A stretch of 64,000 nt of DNA from Bacteroidota bacterium (lineage in GTDB: Bacteria > Bacteroidota > Bacteroidia > UKL13-3), in NCBI GenBank assembly GCA_947460345.1, contig CANHGM010000002.1, positions 113,504-177,503 of the forward strand, read 5' to 3'. The notes beneath the pieces are model-generated. The model had not been told where the DNA came from. It worked only from the letters and a program-made list of their open reading frames with translations, and did not search any database. Positions within the stretch are counted from its first letter, which is position 1. Every line of letters begins with the position of its first letter. A program made the translations under genes and the position numbers. Positions 10,271-18,155 of the stretch are shown piece by piece.

Positions 10271-10363
10271 TTTAAATGAAAATATAACAATTTGTGTAAA
10301 AACTGTAAGTAACATCAAGTATATAAACATTAATATCGCAAGGTTTTTATAACATTCAAAAAC

Positions 10364-13006
10364 ATGCTGAATAAAATTATTTTAATCAATACAAAGGTTT
10401 ATCAAAAAGCAGAAATAAATATAGGTGATTGCGATTCATTACAACTTGTTGGGCCTAACAACGTAGGCAAGTCTACTTTGATATATGCACTCAATTTTTT
10501 GTTTGTAATCGATGGCAACAAAATGACATTTAGTGGCCAGAGAAGAGGAGACAAAGAAACTTTACACCATTATTTTCCTTCTCCAAATCAAAGTTATATT
10601 ATGTTTGAAATATTCAAGAAAACATATTATACTATTTTAGTTAAACGTGATACTGAAAGTAATTTAGAATATTATAAAATTGACCAAGCATACAATAAAG
10701 ATTTTTTTATTGATGTAGATAGCAAATTGTTAAAGTTTGAAGAAGTCAAAGAAAATTTGCTGAAGAAAGGAATAGCACTTCATGAATATAAAGATAAACG
10801 TGAAGTGTTTATGGATGTTTATCAAAGAGGCAGAAAGAATAATGGTGTAGTATGGCTAGATGATAAAGTGAGAATGGATGGGTTAAGCAACAATTTTTCT
10901 AAAATATATCGATATTTAATTAACACCAAGCTTATCACAAACAAAAATCTAAAAGAAGCTCTTTTAGTAGCTGACAATAGAGAAGCGGAAGAGTTGAATT
11001 TTTCTCAAAAACATAAGAAAGACATCACTGATTTATCTAAAATAAACAATGAAATTAGAAATGTAAAAGCTGTAAGAACTGATTTTGAAGAGTTTAGAGA
11101 AGCAGTTAGTCAGTATGCTGCCAGAAACCAAGCAATTGGTGAATTGTATTACGCATTTAACAAACAATATGAAGATGCTTTGCCCATATTGCAAAACAGT
11201 TTGATAAAAGAGAAAAGCGAAATGGACAGAATTCGTATTCATATAAACGAAGACCTGATGCCAAAGCAAGAAGAACTAACCCGCAAACAAGGTAAGAACG
11301 AAGCAGAGATTGAGAATAAACTATTTCAATTACAAGAGAAAGAAACCAAGTTGAAAATCATTAATGGGTATGAAGGGGTTCCAATGTTAGACTCTATGCT
11401 AGCCAATTATGACAAGACTAGAAAAGAAATTGAAAGTAGAATAACAATGGTTGATATACAGAATTTGACTGTTCAATCATTAGAAAATAAAATCAAAACT
11501 GCACAAGAAAGGAAAACAATCATAGATCAACAGATTAAAAACTTCAAAAATTTGTTGATACATAATATTGCAGATAAAGAGTCAGACAGAAAGTTGTTAA
11601 ATACAATTTTTTCAGAGCAAGTTAGTAGTTTGCCTGTTGATAGAATACTGAATAAGATAAAAAAGACTTCTAAAAGATTAAACTTATTTGATGGTGAGAT
11701 AGATATTTCAGATGGTTTGGTTTTGAAAGATTTAAAAACCGTTGAAGAGTTAAAAGCTGAACTAGCAGACTTTGCTTTAGAGTTAGAGCAAAATAAAATG
11801 CTACTAAAAGTGGTTATTGACAAACAGAAAACACAAGAAGAGCTTGAGGAAATTCTGAGAAAAATTGAGGAAATCAAGTTTAAATTAGCTGAGCTTAAAA
11901 CAAGACCTAAGCTCGAAGACAGTATTAATAAACTTAAAGATGAGTCAAAAGAACTTATACAAGCTAAAAACGAGTATGAGAAACAAGCTATAGTTTTAAA
12001 GAAAGAAATTGAGCAACAGCAGTTAAGACTAGAAGAAGCAAGAAATAATAGAGATAGATTTGATAATAGATTGACGGAGTTGCAAAACGCTAAGCAAGAA
12101 TTAGAGAGTTTTGGATTAGCATGCATTGAGTCTGAAAGTGAGCTAGATTTAGACAGAATATACAAACGTATAAAATTACAAATTGAAGATAGGAACAATA
12201 TCAAGTCTAGAAAAGACCATTTGTTCCAAAAGTTAAGAGAAAAGTTATTGAGCAATTTTGCTAGTGAAAATGAATTCATCAAGTTTTACGACGAAGAAAT
12301 AGGATTGATAGAAAGCAAGGAGAGAAGTATAGAAGGTTTGTTGCAAAGTATAAGTACACAATTTGCCAATCCAGCTCATACTTTAATGAAAAGATATGAG
12401 GAGTTTAAAGAATTTGTGACCAATAACTTTAACAATAAACTTGGCAAGACACGCATATCAGACATTGAATCGTTAAGAATTGAATTGATTGATAACAAGA
12501 AGTTGATGGAAGAGTTGAAGAAGATTAGTCAAATTCAGGAAGTAAAAGGCCAATTGATGTTTGATTTTGACCAGAGCGAAAACTTGAAGATTCTGAATCA
12601 TTATTTGGATACCGCTAAGAAAATTAAGTTTGAAGACTTATTCGATATGACCTTGCATTTAACCAGAAAAGGTCAAAGCAGGCCAGTTGATTTGAGTGAG
12701 CAAATAGAGAGTGATGGAACAGATAAAATGATAAGACTTGTGATTGTGATGAATATCATTAATAGATTGGCAATAACTGATGAAGAAAACAAAATAACTT
12801 TGTTTGTGGATGAGGTAGCAACAATTGATAAACAAAATAGACCTGAGTTGGTAAGGTTTTGCAGAGAGCATCATTTTATTCCGATTTTTGCTGCACCAGA
12901 CGCAGTACCAGGTTTTGGTAAGTATTATTTTATATATCCTTCTGCTGGTAAAATAAACATTAACGAAAATCATCATGCAGTATATGCTGAAAGTTTGGCC
13001 AATTAA
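10364..13006 (+). CDS. SMC/Rad50-like ABC ATPase with long coiled coil (JetC/MksB-like, compact)
   Basis: N-terminal Walker A (GPNNVGKST, aa 30-38) and an approximately 500-aa K/E/L/Q-rich coiled-coil middle. The C-terminal head has a signature-like SDGTDK, Walker B ITLFVDEV (D816/E817), D-loop ATID and H-loop REHHF. It is the first gene of a 4-gene overlapping operon. Confidence 0.6.
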   Translation: MLNKIILINTKVYQKAEINIGDCDSLQLVGPNNVGKSTLIYALNFLFVIDGNKMTFSGQRRGDKETLHHYFPSPNQSYIMFEIFKKTYYTILVKRDTESNLEYYKIDQAYNKDFFIDVDSKLLKFEEVKENLLKKGIALHEYKDKREVFMDVYQRGRKNNGVVWLDDKVRMDGLSNNFSKIYRYLINTKLITNKNLKEALLVADNREAEELNFSQKHKKDITDLSKINNEIRNVKAVRTDFEEFREAVSQYAARNQAIGELYYAFNKQYEDALPILQNSLIKEKSEMDRIRIHINEDLMPKQEELTRKQGKNEAEIENKLFQLQEKETKLKIINGYEGVPMLDSMLANYDKTRKEIESRITMVDIQNLTVQSLENKIKTAQERKTIIDQQIKNFKNLLIHNIADKESDRKLLNTIFSEQVSSLPVDRILNKIKKTSKRLNLFDGEIDISDGLVLKDLKTVEELKAELADFALELEQNKMLLKVVIDKQKTQEELEEILRKIEEIKFKLAELKTRPKLEDSINKLKDESKELIQAKNEYEKQAIVLKKEIEQQQLRLEEARNNRDRFDNRLTELQNAKQELESFGLACIESESELDLDRIYKRIKLQIEDRNNIKSRKDHLFQKLREKLLSNFASENEFIKFYDEEIGLIESKERSIEGLLQSISTQFANPAHTLMKRYEEFKEFVTNNFNNKLGKTRISDIESLRIELIDNKKLMEELKKISQIQEVKGQLMFDFDQSENLKILNHYLDTAKKIKFEDLFDMTLHLTRKGQSRPVDLSEQIESDGTDKMIRLVIVMNIINRLAITDEENKITLFVDEVATIDKQNRPELVRFCREHHFIPIFAAPDAVPGFGKYYFIYPSAGKININENHHAVYAESLAN

Positions 13007-13018
13007 TAACGAGTTGTT

Positions 13019-13858
13019 TTGAATCAAACGGAAAAGAACATATATACAAGATTGAAAAACGGAGAAAAGATTAGTAAAACACTAATTCCTAAAACAGTCT
13101 TTAATTCTACATTTTTTGAGAATATACTCAATGTGAAATTTATCCTCCAAGAGAAATCAGGAAGAGGGAGTATATTCTTTGTCAATAAACAAAAAGAAAA
13201 AGAGTTTGAAGAGTTCTATAAAAACAAGTTTCCTGATACATTTTCTAAACCATGTCAGAACAGAATAGAATCAACTGCTCAATTTAGAAATTCAAAAACA
13301 AGAACAAAAAGCCAAGACTCTATTTTTTTCTTAAGGGGAAGACATCTAACAATTAATGGTCAAGAGGTTAGCCCTATAAGTTATGAAAAAAAGTTTGGCG
13401 TTTTTGCAGTGAACAATGCCACAATAAGTGCAGATAAAATCTGTATCGTAGAAAATTTATCTGTATTTATGAGAGCAGAATCACTTTTGGGAAATGAATT
13501 TATATATATGATGAAATACGGAAGAGTTGGAAAGAATGATTTGATGAATATAGATTCTAATGAACTTTTGGTTTTTAATGATTATGACGAAACAGGAATA
13601 ATTGAGTTTTTAAGAATCAAGGAGAATAAAAACAATGCAACGTTTTTTATACCTAAGAATTTTAATGAGCTTCATAATAAATACTCTAGTGAAATTACCA
13701 AAGATTACAGAAATTATAAGTTAATAGAAGAATTAGTTGATTCAGATTTGAAAGATATTTTATATTTGAATAAAACAACTAATAGATTCTTAGAACAAGA
13801 ATCTTTGCTTATAAATATACAAAGTCAACAACAAACAGAACAAGTACATGCAAGCTGA
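13019..13858 (+). CDS. Toprim-like nuclease-candidate protein (resembles C-terminal DUF2220-type domain of JetD/MksG)
   Basis: 279 aa with a TTG start 12 nt after the upstream stop. Motifs ICIVENLSVF (E145) and LLVFNDYDETGIIEF (D188, D190) fit the Toprim E...DxD arrangement seen in Wadjet JetD. The N-terminal roughly 130 aa are basic. There is an 11-nt overlap with the next gene. Confidence 0.45.
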   Translation: MNQTEKNIYTRLKNGEKISKTLIPKTVFNSTFFENILNVKFILQEKSGRGSIFFVNKQKEKEFEEFYKNKFPDTFSKPCQNRIESTAQFRNSKTRTKSQDSIFFLRGRHLTINGQEVSPISYEKKFGVFAVNNATISADKICIVENLSVFMRAESLLGNEFIYMMKYGRVGKNDLMNIDSNELLVFNDYDETGIIEFLRIKENKNNATFFIPKNFNELHNKYSSEITKDYRNYKLIEELVDSDLKDILYLNKTTNRFLEQESLLINIQSQQQTEQVHAS

Positions 13859-15038
13859 ACCTAAAACCATACTCAATTTCTTAGCCACTCACTTTGATGC
13901 ATTGGTGTTTTTGTTTGAAAAGCAAAACAATGAAGGTAGTATTCATCTTAGAACTTTCAGAGAGTTTGAGGAAGAATTTGGACATATAGAGCAACAACTT
14001 TTTAGTTATAAGATATTACGTAAAATAGGTGAAGATGCTGAGTTCAGCGGTGAGATATATAACTTATTTCAATTTGTATTGAAGGAGTTTAAACCTATGT
14101 TGCCTGAAACTATTGAGAAATACAATAGCAGTATCAGTAATTTGTTTAGGTTGATTAGAGATGGCATTAATGGTGATAAACTAATATTGGCAAAACGAAT
14201 AGATGAACTATATAGCGAAGCTTTTTCTTTTGTTGAATCAGTGGAGAAAAACACGCTGAGATTGTTGGCTGAAACCAGAGAACTTAAATCAAATGTCACA
14301 AAAATTGACTATAAACAAAAAGTAGAGAAAGCATCTTTTTGGATTGATTATTATATACAACCTTTAAATAATATATTAGACATTAGTCATGCTCAAAGTA
14401 TAGTAAACAAACTGTTAGATATTTCAAATTTCATCAATATCAAGCGTTTAAATTTCCATGACGAAACCATTAGAAAGCAATTTGAAAAGTTGTATTTTTT
14501 TCTTATACAATCAAACCATGATTTGTTGTATCAATCAAAAATATTGACCAATGAGCTTTTACCGTTAATTGAACGTATCAGAACAGAGAGCTTGATACTT
14601 ACAGGATGGATTGAGTTTTTAAAAATACCAAATAAAGTTGAGGTTCCTAAACTTCTTAAAGTGTTAAGAGACAACCCATATAGCGATGAAATGTACTACC
14701 ATGCTAAAGATTTTGTGATGCAGTTTCAGAATATTGAAGACATTATAATTTCTGAAGAATTAGTTGAAACAGATATGTGGATTTTTAATAAAGAAAAATA
14801 TAAAGAAGATTTATTAAATAAAATGCCTGTGAACGACTTTTTTGAATGGGCTATAGAATCGTTGAACAAAGAATATAAAATGGCTGAAACAGAGAAGTTG
14901 TTTTCTTTAACATCACTATTGTTTGAAGATGATTTTGATAAAGAGTTTGATCCAATGAATAAACATGTATTCATTCAAACAACCCAGTTAAAACTAAAAG
15001 TACCTAAAATAAAAATATATAAACATGGAATATCCTAA
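13848..15038 (+). CDS. Hypothetical protein, candidate kleisin-like (JetA/MksF-position) subunit
   Basis: 396-aa helical protein whose start overlaps the preceding stop (ATG 13848, stop 13856-13858) and whose end overlaps the next start. No catalytic motif is evident, so the assignment rests on operon context only. Confidence 0.3.
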   Translation: MQAEPKTILNFLATHFDALVFLFEKQNNEGSIHLRTFREFEEEFGHIEQQLFSYKILRKIGEDAEFSGEIYNLFQFVLKEFKPMLPETIEKYNSSISNLFRLIRDGINGDKLILAKRIDELYSEAFSFVESVEKNTLRLLAETRELKSNVTKIDYKQKVEKASFWIDYYIQPLNNILDISHAQSIVNKLLDISNFINIKRLNFHDETIRKQFEKLYFFLIQSNHDLLYQSKILTNELLPLIERIRTESLILTGWIEFLKIPNKVEVPKLLKVLRDNPYSDEMYYHAKDFVMQFQNIEDIIISEELVETDMWIFNKEKYKEDLLNKMPVNDFFEWAIESLNKEYKMAETEKLFSLTSLLFEDDFDKEFDPMNKHVFIQTTQLKLKVPKIKIYKHGIS

Positions 15039-15585
15039 ACAGCATAAAGATATAGTTTCAGATTTGATGGCAGGAAAATTCTTGCTTCGCAATGATTTTA
15101 ATTTTGATATTTTAAAACAAAATAAAGATTTTTACACTAGTTTTTTTAAAGAGAGTTTTAACTATGGATTGCAGCTAGAATCTGAGTTTGCTTACCTTAT
15201 AAGTTTTGAAACTAAAGAACAACTTTCTAGAGATATATGCATACTGATTGCGTTACTAAGTTATGAGCTAGACAAAGACGGAAAAAACTTCATGGACCAA
15301 TTGAGTTATGCTTTGTTTGAGTATGACCAGATTGATAAATATTTCGAAGGCTCGTCCTATCAAGAACTGATTAAGTCTAATAAACAATTAAAAGATGTTG
15401 AGTCTAGACGAATGTTCTATAGAACTTTATCTAACAGGAATATCATTGAAAAAGAAGGTGAAAATCAATTTAGATTTACATCAGCAATTAAAGTTTTTAT
15501 AGATTTTGCAGTTGATTTTGCACAAGGTAAACTTGAGCAAGCAACAGTATCAATTGATGAAGACACAAGTTCTATTGACGAGTAA
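15025..15585 (+). CDS. JetB/MksE-like (DUF4194-like) small acidic protein
   Basis: 186 aa. The segment LMAGKFLLRNDFNFDILKQNKDFYTSFFKESFNYGLQLESEFAYLISFE resembles the DUF4194 consensus block (..LLkG.l.r......w..L......i.dYfa.lGLeL.lDEaeGyAfLr). Acidic C-terminus. Last gene of the operon. Confidence 0.4.
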   Translation: MEYPKQHKDIVSDLMAGKFLLRNDFNFDILKQNKDFYTSFFKESFNYGLQLESEFAYLISFETKEQLSRDICILIALLSYELDKDGKNFMDQLSYALFEYDQIDKYFEGSSYQELIKSNKQLKDVESRRMFYRTLSNRNIIEKEGENQFRFTSAIKVFIDFAVDFAQGKLEQATVSIDEDTSSIDE

Positions 15586-15590
15586 AGTTC

Positions 15591-16787
15591 TTAAACTTTT
15601 TCGTATATAATTGCCATTCCTTGACCTACGCCTACACACATGGTTGCTAAACCATATTTGATATTTTGTTTATGCATAGCATGAATTAAAGTTGTAGAAA
15701 TACGTGCTCCACTACAACCCAGCGGGTGACCAATAGCTATAGCACCACCATTAATATTTATTGTATCAGGGTTTAGTTCTAAATCTTGAATACAAGCCAA
15801 ACTTTGACTAGCAAAAGCTTCATTTAGTTCTATTAGGCCTAAATCTTTAATTGATATACCAGCACGTTTTAATGCTTTGTTGGTAGCAGGTACAGGCCCT
15901 ATACCCATAATGGCTGGGTCAACCCCTGCAGAGGCAGCAGAAACTACTCGAGCTAGTGGTTTTAAGTTGTGTTTTTTGACAAAATCTTCAGAAGCTAAAA
16001 TCAATGCTGATGCACCATCGTTAACCCCTGATGAATTGCCTGCGGTAACAGAACCATCTTTAGCAAAAGCAGGCTTCAATGCTGAAAGGGCTTCAAGCGT
16101 TGTTTCTCTTGGATGCTCATCTTTAGTAAATATCATAGGGTCACCTTTCTTTTGAGGTATTGAGACTTCCACTATTTCATTTTTAAAGTTGTTTTGACTG
16201 TGAGCAATTGCATATTTAAGTTGAGAACTTAAAGCAAATTTGTCTTGCATCTCACGTGAAATGGCATATTTTTTTGCGACATTTTCAGCTGTTTCGCCCA
16301 TGCTGTATGGATGATATAATTCAGCAAGTTTTTTGTTTGTAAATCTCCAGCCAATAGTGGTATCAAATATTTCAGGAGCTCTTGAAAAAGCAGCATCAGC
16401 TTTGGCCATAACAAATGGTGCCCTTGTCATACTTTCAGTACCTCCAGCTATATATAAGTCGCCTTCACCCATAGCAATAGCTCTATAAGCATCTGTGATG
16501 GCTTGAAGACCCGATGCACAAAGTCTGTTTACTGTATTACCACCTATGTTTATAGGCAATCCTGCTAACAACAAAGCCATCCTAGCTACATCTCTATTGT
16601 CTTCGCCTGCTTGGTTTGCGGCTCCTAAAATTACATCTTCAGTAAGTGAAAAATCAATGTTTGGGTTTCTAGCAACCAATGCTTTTAATACTACTGCTGC
16701 TAAGTCGTCGGGTCTTACTTGTGCTAAAGATCCACCATATCTTCCTACCGGAGTTCTTACAGCATCAATTATATATACTTGTTTCAT
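15591..16787 (-). CDS. Acetyl-CoA C-acetyltransferase (thiolase family)
   Basis: 398 aa beginning MKQVYIIDAVRTPVGRYGGSL with the active-site Cys region NRLCASGLQAI and the C-terminal GLATMCVGVGQG thiolase signature. Confidence 0.92.
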   Translation of the reverse strand: MKQVYIIDAVRTPVGRYGGSLAQVRPDDLAAVVLKALVARNPNIDFSLTEDVILGAANQAGEDNRDVARMALLLAGLPINIGGNTVNRLCASGLQAITDAYRAIAMGEGDLYIAGGTESMTRAPFVMAKADAAFSRAPEIFDTTIGWRFTNKKLAELYHPYSMGETAENVAKKYAISREMQDKFALSSQLKYAIAHSQNNFKNEIVEVSIPQKKGDPMIFTKDEHPRETTLEALSALKPAFAKDGSVTAGNSSGVNDGASALILASEDFVKKHNLKPLARVVSAASAGVDPAIMGIGPVPATNKALKRAGISIKDLGLIELNEAFASQSLACIQDLELNPDTININGGAIAIGHPLGCSGARISTTLIHAMHKQNIKYGLATMCVGVGQGMAIIYEKV

Positions 16788-16866
16788 TAGGTAACAAAGG
16801 TAAAAACTTTATGAACTAAATTGGTTAAAATATTAATTTTGAGTCTACACTCTTATTTTTGCAGAT

Positions 16867-17379
16867 ATGTTTACAAACAAATTGATAAGTTTATGTTTTA
16901 GTGTTGTGTTTTACTTAAATATACATGCACAAAATAATGCTATTCAAGGTATTGGAGGATCTTTCTTTGTTTTACCTAAAGGCAAAGCTTTAGCTATAAA
17001 TTATTCTTATAGAAATAACTTTAAAGACGTCGGAAATGGGAATAGTATTTCATTAACAATAGCACCTAGTGTTGCATTTCATTATGATTTTGTTAGCAGA
17101 GAACAATTTTTAATAGAAGCTCCAATTTTATTTTCATATAATGTGGGATATATGTCTACATCAAGTTCGAAAAACGATTTAGGTTTTTTTATTGGAGCAG
17201 GAGCAGGGTTGCATTATTTACAACATTATGGTTTGGGTTACGGCCCTGAATATTTTATAGGCATTAGAGGTGAACTTGCTAATAAACCTATTGAATTAAG
17301 AGCTAATTACCATCAAGATTTATTTTCAGTAACTTCAGATTTAATTTCTGTCCATCTTAATTTTTTACTCACTAGATAA
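16867..17379 (+). CDS. Hypothetical secreted/outer-membrane protein
   Basis: 170 aa with a signal peptide (MFTNKLISLCFSVVFYLNIHAQ). Alternating hydrophobic pattern and a C-terminal aromatic residue suggest a small beta-barrel. Confidence 0.35.
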   Translation: MFTNKLISLCFSVVFYLNIHAQNNAIQGIGGSFFVLPKGKALAINYSYRNNFKDVGNGNSISLTIAPSVAFHYDFVSREQFLIEAPILFSYNVGYMSTSSSKNDLGFFIGAGAGLHYLQHYGLGYGPEYFIGIRGELANKPIELRANYHQDLFSVTSDLISVHLNFLLTR

Positions 17380-17405
17380 CCTAAATAGTTTTATATTTGC
17401 AACCC

Positions 17406-17436
17406 TTCAGTCATATTCATTGACTGAATTTTATTT
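17406..17436 (+). terminator. Rho-independent terminator
   Basis: Hairpin ttcagtca-tattcat-tgactgaa, followed by ttttattt. Confidence 0.5.
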
Positions 17437-17561
17437 ACCATTAAACAAGTACGATATAGCAATAAAATTTACTTTTAATAGTTATTTAGGTTTTACAGGC
17501 ATTATTTTATATTTTTGCTAGAAATTAGTAAAAGCATAAATTATTTGCTAAGCAATAATAT

Positions 17562-18155
17562 ATGATAGCACACTTAGAAGGAAAATTTGAACAAATTACA
17601 CCAACCTTTATGGTTGTAGATTGCAATGGAGTTGGATATGGCATCCATATTTCTCTTAGTACATATGAAAAGTTAAAAGGTCAAAAATCAGGAAGAGTTC
17701 TTACTCATTTGTCTATAAGAGAAGATGATCACGTTTTGTTTGGGTTTGCTGATGAAACAGAAAGAGGTTTATTTAGACATTTAATTTCAGTCACAGGAAT
17801 AGGTCCTTCATCAGCAAGGATGATGTTGTCTAGTTTGTCTCCCAAAGAGCTTTTTTCAGTTATAGCCAATGGAAATGTAGGCTTGTTAAAAACAGTTAAA
17901 GGTATAGGCGATAAAACAGCACAACGTATTATTCTTGAATTGCAAAGCAAGTTGCAAAAGGAAGCAACTTCATCTACCTCAATTTTACCAGGGTTTGCAA
18001 ATATACATGGAGCCCAACAAGAAGCATCTGATGCTTTGGTAACATTAGGATTCAATAGAGCTTCTGTAGAAAAAGCATTAGCTAAAATTGCACAATCTAA
18101 TGGTAACAATCAGAGTATAGAAGATATGGTTAAACAAGCATTGAAAGTACTGTGA
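17562..18155 (+). CDS. ruvA: Holliday junction branch migration protein RuvA
   Basis: 197 aa beginning MIAHLEGKF. Contains the helix-hairpin-helix blocks LISVTGIGPSSARMMLS and LKTVKGIGDKTAQRIILEL, and a C-terminal RuvB-interacting domain. Confidence 0.92.
   Translation: MIAHLEGKFEQITPTFMVVDCNGVGYGIHISLSTYEKLKGQKSGRVLTHLSIREDDHVLFGFADETERGLFRHLISVTGIGPSSARMMLSSLSPKELFSVIANGNVGLLKTVKGIGDKTAQRIILELQSKLQKEATSSTSILPGFANIHGAQQEASDALVTLGFNRASVEKALAKIAQSNGNNQSIEDMVKQALKVL

Noticed and set aside
10139-10330. 63-aa minus-strand ORF as a genuine small gene
   Set aside because: Its C-terminal two-thirds is a frameshifted copy of the 3' end of the neighbouring gene, and its N-terminus is unrelated spacer. 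It is better explained as a pseudogene remnant.
11527-12282. 251-aa antisense ORF, plus other antisense ORFs (3617..3805, 3975..4292, 18325..18516, 22558..22950, 27802..28104 and others), inside large genes
   Set aside because: These lie opposite strongly supported coding regions. They have low-complexity Ser/Leu-rich translations, typical of the reverse complement of K/E-rich coiled-coil or repeat-coding DNA, and they have no start context. They are shadow ORFs.
10364-15585. Alternative identities for the SMC-like operon: SbcCD/Rad50-Mre11, OLD/Gabija-type ATPase-Toprim fusion, Lamassu
   Set aside because: Gene 2 lacks the Mre11 phosphoesterase motifs (D.H, GD..D, GNH[DE]). ATPase and Toprim are on separate polypeptides, and the ATPase has a long coiled coil, unlike OLD/GajA. 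There is no Cap4, Sir2 or other effector-domain gene as in Lamassu, and the fourth gene shows a JetB-like block. Wadjet/Mks-like is therefore the best fit. Only profile searches can settle this.
15591-16787. Locally GC-richer thiolase gene, considered as a possible horizontally acquired segment
   Set aside because: The higher GC is explained by a Gly/Ala-rich conserved enzyme under strong codon constraint. The flanks show no mobility signatures.
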